Below, piece after piece: positions 58,647 to 64,000 of a DNA stretch of 64,000 nt. The notes under the pieces were generated by a model. The model saw only the letters and a program-made list of their open reading frames with translations, ran no database searches and was not told the origin of the DNA. Each line of letters starts with the position of its first letter. The first letter of the stretch is position 1. Position numbers and translations under genes: made by a program. This DNA is from an uncultured virus (IMG/VR IMGVR_UViG_3300035210_000116) (taxonomy: Duplodnaviria > Heunggongvirae > Uroviricota > Caudoviricetes): the IMG/VR virus record IMGVR_UViG_3300035210_000116; one strand, 5' to 3'.

Positions 58647-58885
58647 GGTTGTTCCTCTGTTGAAGATAAACAATTAGGCGCGGCAGCGCATTCTTGTATC
58701 TCTTCTATGCGTAGTTCCCATACAGACATATCTATAAGAACTGGTTTTGAGTAGTAAAAATCTGTTATGACGGCTGGAGTCCCAGTTCTAGTCCCTACGA
58801 TAATCTCTCCTTGACCTAAAATATAGTCTTTACCAGTTTTTATATTTAAAATCCTGTATTTTTTCATGCCTTTGTATTTCCACAT
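58391..58885 (-). CDS. Hypothetical protein ending in an AT-hook-like motif; overlaps the previous ORF
   Basis: C-terminal KKKRGRPPGSKNK. Confidence 0.45.
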   Translation of the reverse strand: MWKYKGMKKYRILNIKTGKDYILGQGEIIVGTRTGTPAVITDFYYSKPVLIDMSVWELRIEEIQECAAAPNCLSSTEEQPCLKDTIFMLMTTENMESIGPKNPIQEETLSNGEISPKLSNYSNTVISLTEKDADGWTGMISVPVLKKKRGRPPGSKNKVKRNAN

Positions 58886-58896
58886 GGGACAGTTAT

Positions 58897-59094
58897 TTAT
58901 CTGCCTTTACGTTCACCTAGAACACGTACTACTGCATAGAAGATTGAGCGGTGTAATACTGATTCTATTTCAGGCAAAATATGATTTATAGACTCTTCTC
59001 TCACAATATCCAGTATAATACTATCTACTTTTCTTGAAAGTTCTTCTCCGCTCGGAGTCATACGATCAATTTCATTATAAAGTGGGTCTTTCAC
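58897..59094 (-). CDS. Hypothetical protein
   Basis: 65-aa ORF in operon. Confidence 0.5.
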   Translation of the reverse strand: MKDPLYNEIDRMTPSGEELSRKVDSIILDIVREESINHILPEIESVLHRSIFYAVVRVLGERKGR

Positions 59095-59611
59095 GTTTCT
59101 TTATCTCCGCAGTAATTTGTTCTAATCGCACAGGCATATAGTCCCAACAATCTACCCCGATGTCTACTGCTCGTGGATCATAGTACTTAGTACCATGTGA
59201 ATGCCCATGGATATGAGCCCAACCATGGAACTTGTTCGGCCAATCATATATAGGATAATGTGACATAACCAAACCAATGTTAGAATCGGTTACGATATCT
59301 CTTGGATGAATCGAGAAGAACTCTTTTAATTTATTAACATTTCCCATATCGTGATTTCCAAGAATTAATATCTTCTTACCTTTTAGCTCATGTAGCATAG
59401 AGTAGTCTCTAAAAAAGACATCCCCAAGGTGCCAGATAGTATCATCATCCTCAACAACAGAATTCCATCGTTCAACCAGTACTTTATTCATCTCCTGCAC
59501 TGTCTGACATACTCTGTATCTATTGCTAAACTTGATGATGTTTTCGTGACCAAAATGGTGGTCGGATGTATACCAAACGTTGTTGGACATTTTAAATACT
59601 CTCCTGCTCAA
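59075..59611 (-). CDS. Calcineurin-like metallophosphoesterase
   Basis: SDHHFGH, LGD, GNHD, HGHSH. Confidence 0.85.
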   Translation of the reverse strand: MSRRVFKMSNNVWYTSDHHFGHENIIKFSNRYRVCQTVQEMNKVLVERWNSVVEDDDTIWHLGDVFFRDYSMLHELKGKKILILGNHDMGNVNKLKEFFSIHPRDIVTDSNIGLVMSHYPIYDWPNKFHGWAHIHGHSHGTKYYDPRAVDIGVDCWDYMPVRLEQITAEIKKRERPTL

Positions 59612-60306
59612 GTTCTAGGTTTTAAGACTGGGTTATATGGGCGTAGAAGCTTGCGCTCTATTTCGTGAGCCATTGTTGGTGTTCGATCCAGTCTGTAGAA
59701 ATACTTTGTATCATCAGGTTCTTCAGACCATCCAAATTGTTCGTACCAGTCTGACTCTGGTTGCCCAAAGAATTCCCAGATAGCTTGATAATTTTCTCTT
59801 GTCCAGGAAGTACGAGATGGAAGTAAGTTTCTCGTACAAGCGTGATCTGGGTACTCAGCATTTTTCCATTTTTTGTGTGTTGCTATTTTACAACCCTTAT
59901 ACAATAGTAGAGCACGGAGGCCAGAATGAAATTCTTCATCCCCCCAAAAAGGAGGATCAATTTCTGGATACTCTGCCTCCTCCAGTTTTGAGACTATGTC
60001 ACGCCACTTAAAAAGCGCTTCCTTACGCTTCTTCAGCATCTCAGTTTTGCCACTTACCTTGATAGGACGTATGATTCGTTCTTCAGATGTGGTGGCTATA
60101 AAACGAGCTAATTGTAGTTCGGCGTTAGTCCAGAATTTTGCCATTGTGTGGTATGAATATCCACTTTCTCCATTAGCCCTTTTGGGATAACATTCACAAA
60201 GACTTTTCAAGATAAGTAGACCAGCTACTTCTACTTGATATAAGTGCTTGATACTCAGTGCCTTAGCACTTCTCTCAAAATCTGGGAAAGGCATAAAGAC
60301 GATCAT
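59608..60306 (-). CDS. Pyrimidine-dimer glycosylase-like (MSMEG_6728-like) protein, diverged
   Basis: FMPFPDFERSAKAL...PFWGDEEFHS..RALLLYK...YEQFGW. Confidence 0.55.
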   Translation of the reverse strand: MIVFMPFPDFERSAKALSIKHLYQVEVAGLLILKSLCECYPKRANGESGYSYHTMAKFWTNAELQLARFIATTSEERIIRPIKVSGKTEMLKKRKEALFKWRDIVSKLEEAEYPEIDPPFWGDEEFHSGLRALLLYKGCKIATHKKWKNAEYPDHACTRNLLPSRTSWTRENYQAIWEFFGQPESDWYEQFGWSEEPDDTKYFYRLDRTPTMAHEIERKLLRPYNPVLKPRT

Positions 60307-60983
60307 CAGAATTTTCTTATGCTAGCTTCGCCATCATTAATCTCAAGAACTTCTCGTTTTCTTGGAAAACAATCGACATTGAAGTTATCTGGATAAACTT
60401 CCCATACTCCTTGTGAGGTACCAAAAGGACGATAATTAGAATGTCCAAACACTTGTTTGATGCCAGGGACTGGTTTAAATTCTTCTGTATCACACCAGAG
60501 AATTCCTCCAACAGGAAATAGGCCGCCTCTAGTATAGCCAATTTGTGCGAGGTTTTCGATTGGTGCTTCATCAAGATATTTTACTATTTCTTGAAAATTC
60601 ATATCTTTTTCAGGTAACCAACTTTCGCTGACTCCAGCGTGAGTGACGAGAAAATCATCTACTATAACATACCATCGAAAATTTCTTAAAATACGTGCCT
60701 TCCGTTTGTTTATTTCTTGCTGTGTTTTATGTTCATAACCAGAACATGCATAACGATTATTCAAATACCCATATTCGTGATTCGCGATTAAAGCAGTTAC
60801 ATTATCTCTTGTTTCAATAGCTTCTAAAACTAAATCAACGCATTCTATTTGTTCATCTATGTTTTTATCAAAGCTATCTACAAAATCAGATACGAATACT
60901 GTGGCTTGGTCTTTGTCTTGGAGCAAATCTCTAACATGGCCGACCAACCCATGGATGTCGCCGCATACAATAACGCTACTCAT
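60306..60983 (-). CDS. Metallophosphoesterase
   Basis: GDIHG, DFVD, NHE, THAG, QVFGHS. Confidence 0.8.
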   Translation of the reverse strand: MSSVIVCGDIHGLVGHVRDLLQDKDQATVFVSDFVDSFDKNIDEQIECVDLVLEAIETRDNVTALIANHEYGYLNNRYACSGYEHKTQQEINKRKARILRNFRWYVIVDDFLVTHAGVSESWLPEKDMNFQEIVKYLDEAPIENLAQIGYTRGGLFPVGGILWCDTEEFKPVPGIKQVFGHSNYRPFGTSQGVWEVYPDNFNVDCFPRKREVLEINDGEASIRKF

Positions 60984-61401
60984 TTGATGTTTCTCTAAGT
61001 GCTAGTTCCAAAATAGCTAGAGCATTCCACGCTGCATGCGCTAAGTGCAATGACCCAGATTCTTTATCATTTGGCCCTTCAATGAATTGTTTGAGGGTGT
61101 GGCGTCCTTGCGCATCGCTATAGCGAGTCATTCCGTCTTGTACGGTTCGCCAACCACCTCGTGTGTATTTATTAGCTCCATCTCCTGCAACCTTTGCAAC
61201 AGCTAACAAGGCTCGTGGAAAACTTTCAAAGACAAGACCAACTGGAGGCTTGTCGTCGTCATCTTTTGCCCCCGGCTGATGAAGATTTAGTTTCTTGGTA
61301 ATTAGAGGGTTTGGATTTGGAGCTGTTAAAACTATCTCAAGTATTTCTCTGAAGGAAGCTTGTGAATCACCATGCCATTCAAACTCGTTGTGGTCATTCA
61401 T
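60976..61401 (-). CDS. dATP/dGTP diphosphohydrolase-domain (DUF5664) protein
   Basis: GAKDDDDKP, GANKY..GWR, ESGSLHLAHAAWNAL. Confidence 0.8.
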   Translation of the reverse strand: MNDHNEFEWHGDSQASFREILEIVLTAPNPNPLITKKLNLHQPGAKDDDDKPPVGLVFESFPRALLAVAKVAGDGANKYTRGGWRTVQDGMTRYSDAQGRHTLKQFIEGPNDKESGSLHLAHAAWNALAILELALRETSNE

Positions 61402-62054
61402 TTACGTCTCTTATTTGTTTTTGAACTCATAAATTCATCTATTGGCACGGTAAGAGCTTTTTCTAGGTCCCACCCATACTCAAGTCTATTCCATAGGTTT
61501 TTGGCAGTTATATTGAACTTATCGGCCAAATCCGCAAGACAATAATCTTGCCCCTCATAACTTAGAATCCTATTAGTTCTTCTATTTCGTTGCTGAACAA
61601 TTTTGGTAGCCCAACAACAGTTGTCTTTCGAGTAACCTAGAGAATTATCTTTTCGCTCAAGAGTATGTTTCATCGAAGGTTTTTCTCCCATATCAGACAG
61701 GAAGGTTTCGAAACTAGCAAGCCATTCTTGGCACACAGTTATCCCCCGCCCACCATAATTTTCATAGTGCTTATGACTTGGATTACTGCATCTGTTTTTC
61801 ATACAAGACCAAGTAATGTATTCGCTAGTACGACTTCTACCGTGTTTTGTTGCAACACGTTTCATCCTTTCTATGCGAAGACACCCACAACTTGTAGAAG
61901 AACCGTTCATTAAAGAACCAGATTGAACTACTCTTTCAGTCCCGCAAGAACAACGAACTAGCCATCTAGCAGAACCTTTTGACGTATTTTCTGCTCTAGC
62001 AATTACTTCGTTTTCTCCAAACTTATCACCCACCTTTACTTTCAAAGAGCTCAT
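61398..62054 (-). CDS. HNH-type homing endonuclease
   Basis: WSCMKNRC...YGGRGITVCQEW...TLERKDNSLGYSKDNCCWAT. Confidence 0.85.
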   Translation of the reverse strand: MSSLKVKVGDKFGENEVIARAENTSKGSARWLVRCSCGTERVVQSGSLMNGSSTSCGCLRIERMKRVATKHGRSRTSEYITWSCMKNRCSNPSHKHYENYGGRGITVCQEWLASFETFLSDMGEKPSMKHTLERKDNSLGYSKDNCCWATKIVQQRNRRTNRILSYEGQDYCLADLADKFNITAKNLWNRLEYGWDLEKALTVPIDEFMSSKTNKRRK

Positions 62055-62080
62055 TGCTTACTCTTAGGATTAAAGACCCT

Positions 62081-62089
62081 AGTATAACA
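62081..62089 (-). promoter_or_regulatory. Extended -10 element for the endonuclease gene
   Basis: TGTTATACT on the minus strand, 26 nt before the ATG. Confidence 0.5.
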
Positions 62090-62116
62090 TAGAAGGTCTA
62101 CGGAATAGTAACTATG

Positions 62117-64000
62117 TTACTTGGTGTAGTTGTAGGCGTGTCCCCCCTCTGCATCAAGAGGAATGCCAGGGGCCCAGGTCGGTGATTTACGCATTGCGGT
62201 AATGCCAAATGCCAAAGCTTCATCAGCTTCTTCTTTCTTAGCGAGGAATACAACTTCGTCATGAACAAGAAGAACTATACGATGTTTCTTAGCTATTTCA
62301 AGAGCTTGTTCTGCCACGATTATCCTCGCTAGGCATTGGCATATATTCTCATCGAGCTTTGAGTGCCAAATACGCGTGTAGATTGCTCCAGTCTCCCGAG
62401 AGAATCCGGTTTGGTATACCAGCTCAGAAAATTCCTTATCCTTAAAAGTATGGAAGTGAAGATTCTTATAATGCAGATATAGTTCATTCGGCATGAAGAT
62501 CTTGTCATCACAGATGCCTAGTAGATTCTGTACTTTGAAGCCAGTTTGTTTCGCGGCCATCATAACTAGAGCATGCTTTAGAATGTCCCAGCCCTCGATG
62601 ATCTTGTTTCTTTTAGCCCTATAGAAGTCAACAGCTGCTATAGCTCCCTCTGGAGTCATCGGAACAACTTCCCCGATAATGGATCCAGACAGACAACCAT
62701 CGAGATATTTCTTCCAGCCCATCCCAAATCCTAGGCCAAGCTCCATGGCTTTACCTACTGGGCGTAAGTGTGCATTAATACCATCTTGGTGCTTTGAATG
62801 CTTACGTACAGTAACTCCATATAGTGCGGAGGCAAGGGCTGCGTATGGATCATCACCATTAGCAAACAAATTAAGAAGGTCAGTCTGTCCCCACAACCAG
62901 GCATTGACTCTAGCCTCAATTTGCGAGGAATCGGCGACCACAAGTACATATCCAGGAGGAGCAGTAATAGCTTCGCGGAGCCTAGAACCACGCCCATCTC
63001 TACCTGAGGGAAGATTTTGGAGGTTGATTTTATCCCAACCACTCCACCTCATAGTATGTGCCCCACAATACTTAAGTGGAACACAAAGAGGTTTTGTACC
63101 AGCATCTGTTGCAATAAGAAAGCTTTCTGCCCTAGTTTTGCGAATCGTTGACTTAAGTCCTGTCCAAGCTGCAACTAGGTCTGATACGCGCGAATCTTCG
63201 CCAAGATTCATAAGCTCTATATCATTTTTGGCAAAAGCATAGGTATAGACTGGAGAACCATCATCGTTATATTTCAGCTCTCCCTTTGTCGTTTTTGCAT
63301 GCTTCATTGGTGGTACTACACCACGCGATTTAATAAGTTCTGCAAAACATGGGCGGGAACGCATTAATCCCGTAGTACCTTTGTCCACAACTATTTGCCG
63401 ACATTTAGACGACAGTTGGGCGTCTTTTATTAAACTCGATTCTAGTAATGACTTTAGTCTGATATCTTCTTCTTCAATCTCAGCTCGGCATAAACCGGCA
63501 TTGACTTCAAGTATAGGAACAGTAAAAGCACGAATAGTTATGTCGATGATATGAAGTTCAACTTCTGGAAAACCTCTATCATAGTATAAGATTTCAAAAG
63601 CTGAGCGCGTCTGCTCAGAGTCTCTTATGGCATAAGGAATTAGCGCAGTCTCTTGTTCACTACTAAGTATGCGTATTCCAGAGGTTTCTTCTAGAACACC
63701 TTCAAGTTTACCAGGTAGATTCAAGCGTTTACAGAGATTCTTTAGGCTACCACTTTCATGAACGCCCCACTCTCCATAAGACATGCTCATAGTATCAAGA
63801 TAATAGTCTGCTTCAATTCCATAATGCTCGTAGGCTAAAAAGCCATCGAAGGCGCAATTATGTGAGAGCCATGCAAAACGTTGTTTTTTTAGCTCATTGA
63901 AAAACGCTTGAAGTTTATAGTGCGTAATCCATCCAGACTTACCCTCTGGATCTACATAACTAAACCCGTGGCAATAAAATCTTGGATCTCGTATATACAT
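62117..64000 (-). CDS. polA: Family A DNA polymerase (N-terminus probably beyond the window)
   Basis: Exonuclease HNCAFD and YAIRD; NLQNLP; motif A DSSQIEAR; motif B R...K...LGLGFG; motif C VHDE. Confidence 0.92.
   Translation of the reverse strand: MYIRDPRFYCHGFSYVDPEGKSGWITHYKLQAFFNELKKQRFAWLSHNCAFDGFLAYEHYGIEADYYLDTMSMSYGEWGVHESGSLKNLCKRLNLPGKLEGVLEETSGIRILSSEQETALIPYAIRDSEQTRSAFEILYYDRGFPEVELHIIDITIRAFTVPILEVNAGLCRAEIEEEDIRLKSLLESSLIKDAQLSSKCRQIVVDKGTTGLMRSRPCFAELIKSRGVVPPMKHAKTTKGELKYNDDGSPVYTYAFAKNDIELMNLGEDSRVSDLVAAWTGLKSTIRKTRAESFLIATDAGTKPLCVPLKYCGAHTMRWSGWDKINLQNLPSGRDGRGSRLREAITAPPGYVLVVADSSQIEARVNAWLWGQTDLLNLFANGDDPYAALASALYGVTVRKHSKHQDGINAHLRPVGKAMELGLGFGMGWKKYLDGCLSGSIIGEVVPMTPEGAIAAVDFYRAKRNKIIEGWDILKHALVMMAAKQTGFKVQNLLGICDDKIFMPNELYLHYKNLHFHTFKDKEFSELVYQTGFSRETGAIYTRIWHSKLDENICQCLARIIVAEQALEIAKKHRIVLLVHDEVVFLAKKEEADEALAFGITAMRKSPTWAPGIPLDAEGGHAYNYTK

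Noticed and set aside
60976..61401. 2-aminoadenine (dZ) genome pathway
   Set aside because: This domain is widespread and no purZ or datZ is visible in the window

Overview
A 64-kb piece of a tailed dsDNA bacteriophage genome with two convergent arms; capsid, portal and terminase genes are not recognisable in the window. Plus strand (1-46207): tail fibre/receptor-binding and holin genes, a Cys-rich/HNH insertion, large putative tail proteins, then a 3922-aa putative virion protein. That protein carries a two-barrel (DxDGD-type) RNA polymerase active-site signature and a zincin HExxH motif. It is followed by about 10 kb of small, mostly glycine-zipper or basic proteins that nearly all share a terminal Y-x-[DNS]-P-L motif, two diverged copies of a ~175-bp non-coding element with IHF-consensus sites, and an HU/IHF-like gene. 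Minus strand (46308-64000): SNF2-type helicase, ATP-dependent DNA ligase, ThyA, rIIA/rIIB, nuclease, GP88-like protein, phosphoesterases, DUF5664-type hydrolase, homing endonuclease and a family A DNA polymerase (truncated at the edge), plus one canonical tRNA-Trp heading five non-canonical tRNA-like RNAs. Top leads: the Y-x-[DNS]-P-L-tagged cargo-like array with the giant RNAP-like protein, the tRNA-mimic array, a DGR-like adenine mutation signature in a beta-propeller, and the duplicated origin-like element. All calls come from motif reading by eye; no database search was run.
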